The notes under the pieces were generated by a model that was not told the origin of the DNA, did not search any database, and was given only the letters and a program-made list of their open reading frames with translations. The position numbers and the translations under genes are program-made. 64,000 nt of DNA, taken from Eledone cirrhosa (taxonomy: Eukaryota). Of this stretch, positions 14,661-28,383 are shown piece by piece. Every line of letters begins with the position of its first letter. Positions within the stretch are counted from its first letter, which is position 1. Location: the NCBI GenBank assembly GCA_964016885.1, contig OZ024745.1:34224001-34288000 (forward strand), given 5' to 3'.

Positions 14661-15721
14661 CAGAAAGAAAGAAAGAAAGAAAGAGATAGAGAATAGACAG
14701 AGAGAGCGAGCGAGAGAGAGAGAGAGAAAGAGAGATCGGGTTTGTTTACTATGTCATGAAATAATACAACTCAGAATATAAAAAGTAGTTATACATAAAA
14801 GTAGAATGGAATAAATAAAAATAAAATAAAATATTTTTAACTAAAATAAAATGAAATGAATTTATATGAGAGATGTATAAACACAAATACGCACAGTTAT
14901 ACAAATTAGACGAAGACAATTTGTAGAAGTATACTAATATGTGAAAATAATTGGAACGTGCTTCCTATTTATCCCGTTGGAATAATTCCAATACTATCAT
15001 TACATGGTTGAAATCCATATATAACAAAGAAAACTGCAAATTCACGCAATTTGATACACAGACCTATTATCCATCAATTTGAGAACCTCTACGAATTCGG
15101 AAATCGATATAATTCTACATGCCAGGCAAAATGTATTAATTTACAATAGTATATGTAATAAGAAAAAATACGTCCCAACGTTTCGTTTGACGTTAGTATG
15201 GGAGTAAATAATTCAGCAGAGGTGAGCGATATCATGGGACTATATATATCTTCCACCGCTTACAGGCCAAATTCCCTCATATGTCTTTAAATCTTCGGAT
15301 GCCTATATGGAAATATCGGTCTTACAAAGAGAAATATAGAGCCTTTTGAATGATTCTAGCAAGGACTTTTTATCTTTTTTACCCTTACATATTGTTGGGC
15401 TACTCACCTTTCTTCTTCAGTCTTTCTGTTTCTTTTAGCTTCCGCACTCTATATTGCTATCAATTTATTTTTCGCTTTGGGGATACCCCCCCCCCCCCTC
15501 GCTCTCTTCATTTGTCTGTAACGATCTCTCCCATGCAGTATACTTTTTTCCTTACTATGACGTTACATCTACGTTCTCTTCTTTACCTCTATAATAATAT
15601 CAAAATATCAACGCCTCTTTCACATTTCACTTCCGTCTTTACCGCTTTCCTCATCTATTTTATAGTTGCATGCCTATCTTAAGGGCATTAAGTTCTCTTC
15701 TTTTAGCGTATTATTATCAGT

Positions 15722-16031
15722 TGTGGTGAATTGGCAGTATCTTTGCCTTTCATCCTTACAGGGTCGATAAAATAAAGTACCAGTAATGTACTGGGTTATT
15801 GCTGGCCTTGTGCCTAAAGTAGAAACAATTATTATCAGTTGTGGATTGGCAGTATCGGTAAAGCGTCAGACACCAGGCTTTGCAGCATAGAGTTATGGCC
15901 CTTTACATTCTGAGTTCAAATCCCGCCGAGGTTAACTTTGCCTTTCATCCTTACGGGGTCGATAAAATAAAGCACCAGTAATGCACGGAGGTAATTGCTG
16001 GCCTTGTGCCAAAAGTAGAAACAATTATTAT
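15722..16031 (+). mobile_element. Two tandem tRNA-derived SINE copies (first internally deleted)
   Basis: A-box-like TGGCAGTATCGG, B-box GAGTTCAAATCC, body tttgcctttcatccttacggggtcgataaaataaagtaccagt, tail agaaacaattattat. Confidence 0.9.
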
Positions 16032-16713
16032 CAATAGCTTTGCTTAGACTGCTTTATTCACATTGCTCGAACCCTTTCATCTACAATGTCTCTTATGTCC
16101 TTTATTATGACCTTTCTAATGTTAATAAGTCTAAAAAAAAAATTATAGGTTGACATTGCATCAATGTTTTTACACATCGTCCTTCGCCTCCTCTTACATT
16201 GACCCCAGTGGCTATCACGAATGGCATACCTTCGATCATTGGTCAGTTCTGCCGGGCTTATCTGTGTTAAACAGCTACAATACAACCGTGTGAATTAGCA
16301 GAAGGGCTTTCAAATTAACCATTTGACCACCTAGAAATAGCAGCAAACTTGTCCCCGCTTCGTGCCTGTCTATGTCAACCTTCTTACAAACGACTGAACC
16401 GGGCAAACGGATTCAATCGGGAATCGATATTGAAGTAATAGACTTACTTTACAGGAAGACTCGGTTCACAAGAATTCCTGCTCAACTGTGCATGAAACAT
16501 CTGCAACTGAGTTTAAAAGGCAGGAAGCTTTCATGAGCAAAAATTCAAATTACTGGTGTTTAAGAATTAGCACACGTGAAAGGAAAGGAAGAGGAAAGTT
16601 TTCAAAGTGTTTCTTCTTGTAGGCAAGGAAGTAATTTGAGTTAGATTGAACGTAATTTAGTAATATCTTGCACACACACACGCGCACACACACACACACA
16701 CACATATATATAT

Positions 16714-16786
<73 letters not shown>

Positions 16787-16787
16787 G

Positions 16788-16979
16788 TAATAATAAATGT
16801 TTCTACTTTTGGCACAAGGCCAGCAATTACCCAGTGCATTACTGGTACTTTATTTTATCGACCCCGTAAGGATGAAAGGCAAAGTGAACCTCGGCGGGAT
16901 TTGAACTCAGACCGTAAAGGGACGTAACTATGCTGGAAAGCATGGCATCCGACTCTCTACCGATACTGCCAATCCACCG
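16788..16979 (-). mobile_element. tRNA-derived SINE, full length
   Basis: Reverse complement of the SINE consensus from head to (ATT)n tail. Confidence 0.9.
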
Positions 16980-17240
16980 GTTATATATAGTAATAATAAT
17001 AAATGTGAAGACTAAAATCCAAAGTGGGCTGGATAAGGATAAATATATATCAAATATATAAGAACCCTAGAGCGAATATTTATTAAAATAACAGATTAAA
17101 GTTTAATATGTGTATATATATATATATACATATATATACATATATATGGAGAAGATGTGACTAATTAAAGACTAGTAAAATCAACTTGGTACTCTTTAGG
17201 TTAAGGAAGGTAGCGAGCAGACATTATTTAATACATGCAA

Positions 17241-17432
17241 GGGCGGTGGATTGGCAGTATCGGTAGAGGGTCGGACGCCATGCTTTGACGCATAGAGTTA
17301 CGGCCCTTGCTATTCTGATTTCAAATCCCGCCGAGGTTAACTTTGCCTTTCATCCTTACGGGGTAGATAAAATAAAGTACCAGTAATGCACTGGGTAATT
17401 GTAGGCCTTGTGTCAAAAGTAGAAACAATTAT
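17241..17432 (+). mobile_element. tRNA-derived SINE, full length, with TSD
   Basis: Starts gggcggtggattggcagtatcgg. Flanked by the 18-bp direct repeat attatttaatacatgcaa (17223-17240 and 17428-17445). Confidence 0.95.
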
Positions 17433-17541
17433 TTAATACATGCAAACCTTTACGGCCAAGCATCATCCGTTTCGATTGTAGAATGTTCATGCACTGAACA
17501 ATATCTATCTATCTATCCTATCTCCCCGCCTCTCTCTCCCG

Positions 17542-17611
<70 letters not shown>

Positions 17612-18608
17612 GAGTGAGTGAGAGAGAGAGAGAGTGGGGAGCAATTAGATGAGGTCTATTATTATGCCAGTAAATGACAGATGGATGTCTGGATGCGTAG
17701 GTTTAAAATTAGAATTAGAAAGTGAGTAAACATAGAAATACATATTACAAACAACTGTTTAAGATGGTGGAAAATCTCATTGAAGCTATATCAATTCACT
17801 AACGTCACTAATATCCTTTTGAGTGGTAAGAAAAACGTGCAATCACTCAAGCCTCCCACTTATGTTGATATATATAATGTTATGGGTATGTATTATGTAA
17901 CGGATGTATATTACATAATCGTTTTTAATTAATTAATATTAATTAAAATAATAGCTATTGACAGATGTTTTCGTTTTTATCTATTTCTTATGGTTTTACT
18001 GTAACTCATACCAATATGGGCAAGTTCAGGGCTTCAGACAGCCACCAGTCCAATGCCTTTAGTCGAGACCAACACAAAGGAAACGGTTTATTAGATCTCG
18101 TATAGAAATAGATTAATAGATATATTTAATATTCCAGTCAATCAATTATTCGCCCACCTGCCGTTTGTGTTTCTTTTGTCTGTGCGTGTGAGGTCTATGT
18201 GTGCCTCGATTCAGTATGTGTGCACCAATATATATATATATACAGAAAGAGTTAGCGAGTGTATGAATTTGTGAATTAGTGATTAAAAAGTGATATATTC
18301 AGATAATAAATACAAACAAGTGTTGTATATATATATATATCTGTGGGTTGTGCGTCTTCTACACCGAACGTTGTTTCACAATGAATTGCTAATTTATCAG
18401 ATAGTAGCTATCAGATGAATGACTCTACCTTAATTTGATCTCATGCATAGGCTAATATTGGATTAGTGTTTCACAACTTGTTCCACAAATATCCTACGTG
18501 ACTTAGTAGTTAATAATTAATTGTCAGATGTTTGCGATGTAAATCACGACTGATAGGAGCCATGATTAATGATTTTCCATTGTGTCTAGATTAATAATGG
18601 TTTCTAAT

Positions 18609-18861
18609 TTAACCCTTTCAATTCCTATATTTCTAATGAATGACACTGTCTACGATTTATAAATAATTTCCAAAATGATCAAGAATTTCGAGTGATTCAT
18701 TAGTATAACTAACTTTCTCATTATGAATTTGGAATTCAGAATGTATCAAACGTTCTTACATAAAATTCTGATGGAACAGTTTTAGATAAATATAGCCATT
18801 TCAGAATAAACAGCTTTGTTTCAAGGAGCGGTTTCAAGCAATTTGATATTAATAGGGTTAA
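18609..18861. mobile_element. Degenerate piggyBac-like MITE
   Basis: TTAA-CCCT...AGGG-TTAA ends. Internal segment (cataaaattctgatggaa...) resembles ~49500-49600, 60755-60850 and 60939-61130; the last also begins ttaaccct. Confidence 0.5.
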
Positions 18862-20293
18862 GCGCACGACCGGGAGGAACACGTTAGATTTGAGTTTCAA
18901 AGTACCTAACGTACTCTTAACTGACAATTATTCATAGGCTCAATTCATCTACTAAATGACACAGGGTCTATTATCTGCTGAATATCCACCTTGAGCCGAA
19001 GAAACACTCCTCGGTCAACCGGATCTTAGTGAGCTCTGCTTGCTAGTTCCAGGCTGAAGCCAAGCTTAGCACGAACACATGATCGCAATTGAAGAGCTAT
19101 CCTTCTCAAACCTGCCAACCAACCAAGTTTCCTATCTCCTGGATTACAAGAGCACACCACAAATTCCCAGATTTTAAGCCAAATAGGTGTTAATAATACT
19201 TGGTTTCGTATTAAGAGATGATGATTTTTCAGCAGTGCTATAACGGTTTCTAATTTTGGTTCAATGCCACCAATTTGCGGGAAAGAGAACGTTGATTGTA
19301 TTGAACCTAGTAATTGACTGTTACTTTATTTTATCGATCTCAGAAGGATGAAAGGCAGAGTTAACTTCAGCCGGATTTAAATCCAGAACGTAGAGAGCCA
19401 TAAGCTAATACTGCACTGCATTTCATCCGACGCAACAGCGATTCTGCCCTTCAACAGAACTATAACAACTATTCTCTCCACCCGACAAGCAAATATATGC
19501 TGGAATCTTGATTTAGTATAAGAACCAAACAAACTCTGTATTAATAATTGATTCTAGTTGAGGCTCAAGGCCAGCAATTTGGGGAGAAGCGTAAATCAAT
19601 TAAATCGATCTCCTTGTACTTGATTAGTCCTTTTTTTTTACCGATTCCAGCAGGGGGAATGGAAAATATAGACACGAATGCTAATGTAGTCATTTTAAAA
19701 TGTCATCTTGTAACTATCTCAGTAACAGAGTGAGAACGCCAAATATTAGTGTTTCAAGATTTGTATCCATCTTCAGAGACGTTTACTCACACGGCACTAA
19801 GGCAAAATTAGCTCATAATATATATAGATTTGGCATATTCATTTATGAATATGCTTATTAATTAATGGTACAACTAACTCAACATGATTCATAACATGTA
19901 CAATAAACATAGATACGTCTCGCTAGGGGTCACGGCTTCTATTTTGCTTTACTTATTCATGTAGTATTGTGATAGAACAAAGTCCATTTCGGTTCTGAAG
20001 GAATGTGGGCTCATACAGTTTGTGATCAGATTTCTTATCGGAATTAATTCTGTTAAATAGTATATGAATAAAGTAAATCCCTTGCTCTACCCTCAAAAGT
20101 ATCGAGTACTGCAATTTGTATCTGTAAACATTCTTCTGATTAATCAAATACCAGAACAATACATTCTTGTACACTTGCACTCCAACCCCCACCCATATGT
20201 ATTATACATACATATATATGAGTATATATATATATATATATATATATAGTGACGAAACATAAGTCAATTGCATGAACTCATAATCCTTTATTT

Positions 20294-20349
20294 ACTGCTA
20301 TATATATTTCGATGATAGCCATTGAATGGCTATGACCTCATCAGGCAGT
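20294..20349 (-). ncRNA. Minimal type-I hammerhead ribozyme, canonical core (Penelope-like)
   Basis: Minus strand: actgc-CTGATGA-ggtcatagccattcaatggctatcatc-GAAA-tatata-TA-gcagt. Stem I actgc/gcagt, G10.1-C11.1, stem II atagccat/atggctat. Lies in an insert that follows (TA)n. Confidence 0.8.
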
Positions 20350-20429
20350 TAGTCAGTTCTTAGATATGCCAGCTCTGTGTTTATAGTGTTGATGGTATCA
20401 GATATGTGTGTGTGTGTGTATGTATAATG

Positions 20430-20619
<190 letters not shown>

Positions 20620-21473
20620 TACGTTATTCCGGGTTGAATCGGAGGTAACCACAGTAAGTAAGGTACTCAATACATTGCAGAGTATAAAAGTTTATATATG
20701 TATTATATATATATATATATATATATATGTATTATATATATATGTATTATATATATATATATATGTATTATACATACACACACACAAACATATATAGATA
20801 GATATAGATATACTACATGCATACATATTCATAGGCATGAATTGATAAAATCTATTACATCCATTGCAGATTTTTTCTCGTTTGTTAATACAAATGTTTA
20901 TATGAATAAATGTATGTGTGTGTGTGTGTATTTATGTATGTATGTATATATGTATGTAACGTACTAGGCCATGAATGTAACATTTTACTCGATATCTAAA
21001 CTAAACACTTCAGGGCGTGAGAAACTATAAACATTACACAAATTAAGTATGTTTAAACTAGTTACACCAAATATTAACAATAGCTAGTGTTTTGTTTGCT
21101 ATCGAGTTTCTATTGACAGAACTAATACAATATACTGTGCAAGTGGCACATTTCCAATTTTCTTCTTAAAATACAGGATTCGACCTGGTAAAAGACGTAT
21201 ATTTTCAAACACGAAATGTCAGATATATGTTGCTATTCTCAATAAATTCAGCTCCATTGAAATATATATGCATTTTTCTTTGTCTAACAATCGACAAATA
21301 AAGAACTATTGTATTTGTTTTTTTTTGTATAAGAATTATGAGGGCTTTAACAATTAAATGTTATAAAAACAATAGCTGAATAGACAAGAACAATATAAAA
21401 GATCCAAATTGTAATCATAACTTATTGTTCAGTATAGTTAACGTTTAGGGAAAAGTGATATTAAGATGTGGAA

Positions 21474-21633
21474 ATAATTGTTTCTACATTTGGCCCTAGG
21501 CCAGTAATTTGAAGAGTAGGGGAAAGTCGATTAAATCGAATCCAGTGCGTTACTGGTATTTTATTTTATCAATCCCGAAAGGATGAAAGGCAAAGCTAAT
21601 CTCAACGGGATTTGAACTCAGAACATAAAGACC
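21474..21633 (-). mobile_element. Older SINE subfamily copy
   Basis: Same body and tail as the main SINE plus an extra ggggaaagtcgattaaatcga segment. Similar diverged copies near 19245-19450, 34800-34990, 42125-42335 and 62180-62395. Confidence 0.75.
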
Positions 21634-22589
21634 CTGAATAATTTATTTTTATTTTATTGGCCTCGAGGGCAAATGTGGTAGTGAAGAATAGAATGATGAA
21701 AAGCAACAAAAAGTGTGATTTACATCAAATAAAATAAAGAAGAAATCCATAAAAGGAAACTGTAGATACAATCCTAACAACATTTATAATGTATAGTAAT
21801 AACCTTTTCTAACGTTTGAGGGATGGCGAAATTCGATTATATCGAACCCGTATCGACCATAGTGGCATTTGAACGTAAAAGGCCGTCGTAACCCCATAGA
21901 ATTTTGTCCGAGTCTCTAATCATTCTGCCAGTCCACGCACTGCAATACAATAAATACGATAAAGGTCAAGAAGGAAATGTTCTCTGTACCCTTCTCAACA
22001 ATCATTTGCCCCCTACAATTCCATGTTTTCACTCCATCCAGCCCTATGTCTTCGGCTACCTCAACATGTACATCTAGGTCTCTATTATGGAGTCGGTTAT
22101 GTCCATGTGTTATCATTTTCTCATGCAAGATGCCCTGCGTAATTCCATATGCTATCTTGTATATATATATTATGATGTCTTGTACGTTTGTTTGCTCTCA
22201 TCCATCGGAAATTTTTTATCACTTTTAATTAGTCCTAACATATATCTTTCCATATATATATGTATTGTTTTAAGCTTCTGTTTCACATTTTTAGCCATCG
22301 ACTATCATTGCTGTTTTGAAGCAATCTACGCTTTAGGGATAGTGGCATCTTACATATGTTATTTGAGTTACCAAAAGCACACCAACCATCTTGCATTTAT
22401 CTTCCTTTATACTTTAATTAAATTGCTGAAATTGTTATTATCGTTGTTGGTGTGCAAACCTATAATCAAAGGAGTTCCTGCCTTATTTATCTTGGATCAA
22501 TGTCCTATATTTAAAAGAATGATAGGTATGCATTGACTGCAACTTCCAGCATGTCGAATCCTCACGTAGAAACTCTTCTCGTTGCTTCG

Positions 22590-22693
22590 TCATTATATTT
22601 ATGATACGCTACGTAAATACATGTGTATCTTCTGCTTTGTCATTATATCTATGATACGTTACGTAAATACATGTGTATCTTCTGCTTTGTCAT
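22590..22693. repeat. 50-bp tandem duplication
   Basis: tcattata.tatgatacg.tacgtaaatacatgtgtatcttctgctttg occurs twice. Confidence 0.9.
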
Positions 22694-23916
22694 ACACTGG
22701 ACAAGAGCTCAGGAAGTCGCAATGCTGACTTAAACGTTGTGGACGGCCATACGCCTGAATCTACCAATGCCTGATTGTAAATAACATTCACATGCCGGTT
22801 ACTGCGAGTAAATAAATATGAGTTTTTTTATATTTGGAAATGGGGGATCAAATAGAAGAATTACTTAAAAACGAAAATGCTCTTTGGCTGTGACTTGTCA
22901 TGAGTTTTACACCTATAAAGAAAGGTTTTGTCCAAATCCGGGAAGCATGTTTTGTGGAAGAATGGTCACCCATTCATGCAAGTCTCACCTCTCCACAACA
23001 TCGATGTTTTCCAAGAGAACGGAAAAGGTCGAAACTCATTTCTTCCAGCTGAGTGGATTTGAGCAACGTGAAATAGTGACTTGCTCAAGGACACAATGCA
23101 CCACACGGTCCGAGAATTGAACTCATAACTTTACGTGGCTTAGGCCCAGGAGCCTAAACCCTAATCCACAAACCGTCAGAAAAAAGCGGATGTGACTGCT
23201 CGTACTGTATTCAGCTGTAGATCAGTACCTATTGCAGCAGGGGTGAACCAAACCTGGAGTTTGCTACTTTTTCCTCTTTCTTCTGGAGCAATTTTCTTTT
23301 TCTGTTCTCCACTAAAACATCATTTCTGTTCAAACAAATGAAAGATACAAAGTTATAATTCATGAAAATCAGAAATATCAACATTTAAAACGTTTTCGAA
23401 CATCAGCTACAGTGAGGACTAAGGAATATCCCACGTGATAAAATTAAGAGATTGAATTCTCCTTTTAGGTATCTCAAATACTTTAAAACGATAAAATGCA
23501 CACAGTACACTTTATAAAATGGTAGTGCTGGTGCCACGATAAAATGCGCCCTTTACACTCTGTGAAGTAGTAATGTTGTTGCCAGGATAAAATGCACTTA
23601 GTATACTCTGTAAAGTGGTTGGCGCTAGGAAGGATATCCAGAAGTAGAAACCATAGATGGAATATACGAGCAGGACATGTTTCCCTGACACATCTATACG
23701 CTGAGCCTGCCTACGCATCTAGCCCATGTTAATAAGCAGCATAAAACAAGGATATGAGGAAACCATAGTTATGATGATCGATGGAAAGATAAAATAAAGA
23801 GGGAAATTATTATATATTATTTTTTGACATATTTTAATTAGCCGACAGTATGAAATGAGTTTGGTGAAGTGGACGATGATCATTTAATGATTACAGAGAT
23901 ACAGAAAAGAAGAAAT

Positions 23917-24163
<247 letters not shown>

Positions 24164-24938
24164 AATGTGTGTGTGTATTGTTGATTGAAAACGTAGTTGA
24201 TTTGATCGATAATATACAGGAGACCCAGCCGAGACTTCTGTAGTCCGTATCCTCTGGATGCCACAGAACTGTATACGTGGGCGAGAGCCATGAATATCAA
24301 ACGGCCCAGTGCACCTAGTTGAAAATAGATACCATAATACAGGAACAATTCGTCAGTAAATCTGAGTAGATCTATAAGATTTATGTGTGATTCAATAACT
24401 TGTTATGATGAGTTGGTAGTTGACGCAGCATGGCCAAATGGTTAATACGTTTTCTTTGCAATCATGATGTCACAAGTTTGAGACCAAGATATAGGAACAA
24501 TACAAAAGAGAGGTGTGGAATTGTAAGATTTATTAGTGTTTTCCTGACTATATGTAGTCGGCGGAATGGTATGAACCTCCATCGTTTTCGATGATGCTTG
24601 GGAAATTAACGTGTTAGTAGGCAGAAACTGTTTGGAAGCCCGTCAAATTTGCTGATTCTGTAATTCAAAGGATCAGTTTTATCAGACACTATATCATTCT
24701 GAATCTAATTAAGCAGGATGTTCTGTTGATTGAAGAACAACAATACTCGTCATGGAAGCCCATTTTAATGATGTGTAGTGATGGAGTATAGCATGGAGAG
24801 GTATAGTGTCTACATTGCTGATTTGCTTTTCATGTCGCTGTTGTCGTTTAGCCTCAGTTCAGTCCTGAACGGGTAGATATATGATAAAATGCATTGCAGC
24901 TAAGTCCTATCACCATTGTTTCAGACATAATATTATGA

Positions 24939-25129
24939 GGCGGTGGATTGGCAGTATCGGTAGAGGGTCGGACGCCATGCTTTGATGTATAGAGTTACGG
25001 CCCTTGCCATTCTGAGTTCAAATATCACTGAGGTTAACTTTGCCTTTCATCCTTACGGGGTCGATAAAATAAAGTACAAGTAATGCACTGGGTAATTGCT
25101 GGCCTTGTGCCTAAAGTAGAAACAATTAT
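24939..25129 (+). mobile_element. tRNA-derived SINE, full length
   Basis: ggcggtggattggcag head and probable attatga TSD on both sides. Confidence 0.93.
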
Positions 25130-25668
25130 GACATTAATAGTGGATCCGTGCCACTAATAATGGCGATAATAGCGTTCAATGTTTTATATTTTTGGAATCC
25201 AGTACCGCCCGGAAGCTGCAAATATGGATCAAGGAGAAGACGACGAGAGCTTCTCTTGATGCAGACGACACATTGAGGTTACCATAGAGGCGATGGAAAG
25301 GAATGTGGGAAATTTAAGGATCAATGAGGCTATTATTTTCAACAAGTAAAAGCCACAAATAAATAATAGATTAGAAATGCACGAAGCAGATTGGCTATTA
25401 TAACGACTCCGAGCATGCGTATTTCAGACATGTAGATCAGTTAGGAAAGAACACATCGTTTGTTTTTGTTTTGAACCGTTTCACATTTGAAAAGTGGGGT
25501 TTTACCCTGAAATATCATGTTGAAATATACTGGGTAAAACATTACTTTGTTTAGTTTTATTTGTCATCCTTTGACTTTTATATCTTTCTTCCGCGTTGTA
25601 CCGGATTTTAAAAACTTATCAGTCGTTTATTACATATCTCACAATGCCTCGTATTAACTATAAAAATA

Positions 25669-25720
<52 letters not shown>

Positions 25721-26238
25721 GTGTGTGTGTGCATGTGTTTGCTCCGCACAGTGGCCGACGCGTTTACATGGATGGACTGTTCCGACAGAAAAATAGTTCC
25801 AAAAAATCGATAGTTATAAATAGAGCTTGTGTCTTAACATCATATGAAATGTGCTGCTATATTTAGAGAGGAAATAGAGACAGCAATTCATTTATCTCCT
25901 ACCACCACTACCATTGCCACCCTCTTATAATACATATAAAATACAACTATATCTTCCTGTCCTACGATGTCATAGTGTTACTAATTAAAGCATTTTCTAA
26001 CAATACGTATTGGGCTGCTGGTGCTGTTGCTGATGGTGCTGAAGGTGTTGTTTGTGTTGTTTGTGTTGTGGTGATGGTGTTTTTGTTGTTATTGGTGTCT
26101 TGATTTTGAGTCACATGAAGAAGAGATTATCTAACTCGGTTGTTTGTGTGACTATGTCTGAATCTCTCCCTCACCACCTCTCTCTCCCCTCTCTCTCTTC
26201 CTCTCTCACACACATACTCTCTCTCTCTAAGTATATAC

Positions 26239-26287
<49 letters not shown>

Positions 26288-26446
26288 TGTGTGTGTGTAT
26301 GTGTGTGTGTGTGTGTCTGTGTCTGTATGCATTATGCGCATATATGTCTATGTAGTTACGTGAGCGCATATTGTTTTCAACAGTTTCTCTACACGTGATT
26401 GTACAGGCATATACGTATGTATGTACATATGTATGTATGTATTATG

Positions 26447-27053
26447 TCAGGTCACCAGTTGGTGCTACTGGTAACATGTATCCCAGTACAACCTGTCTCA
26501 TGGTCGGGTCGTTGGCGACTAAACTGGCAACCCCACCAAGGTTTCTTGGTGAGGAGGGTGACTTTGGACATCCTGCAGGACTAAAAACAAAACCTGTCAA
26601 AGGGCAAAGGAGCTCTTAAGAGTCAATGGCCATCCAAAATCACCGGGAGAGATGACCCCTTAGCCTTTGTCAAGGCAGAATTCTAGGAGAAGGAAAACTC
26701 TGATATAACACCTGCAACCCTGATGGTATCCAATGATGTTGACTTGTTCTTCTTTTTGGTAAATATCATCTTGGTTAAGAGAGTGGGACTGGCTTTGTGC
26801 AGTGCCTTTGCTCACTATAAAAGCTTCACGGCACAGGCATTGCTTTATATCTGGAGATCTCTCTGCACTTGTCGTCACATGGTACCATGGGCCCAACACT
26901 ATGTGTCAATAATTGTCACAAGTGTAGTCTTTGTACCAGAGTTTTCAAGTCGCTGGCTGGACTAAAAAGTCACACTCGTTCAGCGCATCAGTAGGGGTTC
27001 TCCTACATGGATATAAAGTAGTGGCCGTACTCGAAAACGAGTTGGCAGCCACC
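26447..27053 (+). mobile_element. Non-autonomous, internally deleted RTE-like element (5'UTR-like part joined to the 3' end)
   Basis: Contains ctaggagaaggaaaactctga, reminiscent of RTE 5'UTRs. The 3' part equals the zinc-finger/3'UTR module at 7282, 31466 and 53446. (ATGT)n on both sides. Confidence 0.7.
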
Positions 27054-27141
27054 ATGTATTATGTATGTATGTATGTATGTATGTATGTATGTACATATGT
27101 ATGTATTATGTATGTATGTATGTATAATCTATTTATCTATC

Positions 27142-27246
27142 TGTTTGTTTTAATAATATTTTTACACGTCTGTATGTAAAATACCCCGGTATGTGTCTTC
27201 GTATTGTCCCCTTTTCTTGTGCGCCCTTGTGGCAAATAAAGAAATC
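27142..27246 (+). mobile_element. L1/Tx1-like LINE extreme 3' end
   Basis: gtattgtccccttttcttgtgcgcccttgtggcaaataaagaaatc followed by (TCTA)n. Matches the ends at 33387, 58871, 59001 and 59716. Confidence 0.7.
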
Positions 27247-27279
27247 CATCTGTCTATCCATCTATCCATCCATCCAGCC

Positions 27280-27339
<60 letters not shown>

Positions 27340-27742
27340 CTCTATCTATGTACTTTCTCTCCGCCTGTCTGTCATTCATTCATTTTTCCAGCTAATATCT
27401 ATCCTCGTCTGAATATTTGCTTCTTTCTAGTATAATTTTATGATTTATGTGTTTCGTTGACTTGTAGTAATGTGTATAGTGGATATAACGACATGGACCT
27501 GCGTCGGTTTCGACGATGAATGTTCCAGTCGTTCTTTCAAAGGAACGGCCTACTCATGAAATTAGTGTCAGATAGGTAGGTAGTTAGATAAATAGATAGA
27601 CAGATAATCTTTCTTCTTTCTTTCTGACTTTCTTTCTTTCATTGTTTCTTTCTTTCTTTCTTTCTTTCTTTCATCGTGTAAAGACATTTAACTATCTCTA
27701 ATTTTTCTCACTTATATCATTTTTCTGTCTTATATATTAATT

Positions 27743-27801
<59 letters not shown>

Positions 27802-27807
<6 letters not shown>

Positions 27808-28383
27808 GTGAGGTTTTTTTTACAAAATGAAAAATAACCGAGGTGTCCTACACGAGTGGAAGTATAAAGAAAAAGGGATGAAATCGAAAATGCAACTGAA
27901 GTCTTATTTTTTTAAAAAATATATATATATATTTGGTTCCTTTACCGGTTTCGCAGTTCTTCTGCTTTTCAAAAGGTGAGTTGAGATGGAGGGTCTGTGG
28001 TTTTTCTCACATCTGGTTGGTCTCTAAATGTTACTTGTTTTATATGGAAATTCAAACACTCATATATGAAAAAACAACCTGTGACCCCTCCCCCCCTCTC
28101 TTATTTGAAGAACTATTGTAACGCGAACTGGCGCGAAATTTATTATAATTATTGACAAACCAATCAAATTACTTCTCGAAAAACCTGGTTTTCAAGCCAC
28201 TTTTTCCATATAAAACAAGTAACATTTAGAGACCAACCAGATGTGAGAAAAACCACAGACCCTCCATCTCAACTCACCTTTTGAAAAGCAGAAGAACTGC
28301 GAAACCGGTAAAGGAACCAAATAAATATATATATTTAAAAAAAAAATAAGACTTCAGTTGCATTTTCGATTTCATCCCTTTTT

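Noticed and set aside
22050-22580. Possible mariner transposase relic on the minus strand (RKINARW, GILHEKMITHG)
   Set aside because: Too decayed to support without a profile search, and no TIRs were found.
24220-24322. Possible exon encoding DATELYTWARAMN (faintly PH-domain-like)
   Set aside because: No polypyrimidine tract, runs into a stop, and has no partner exons.
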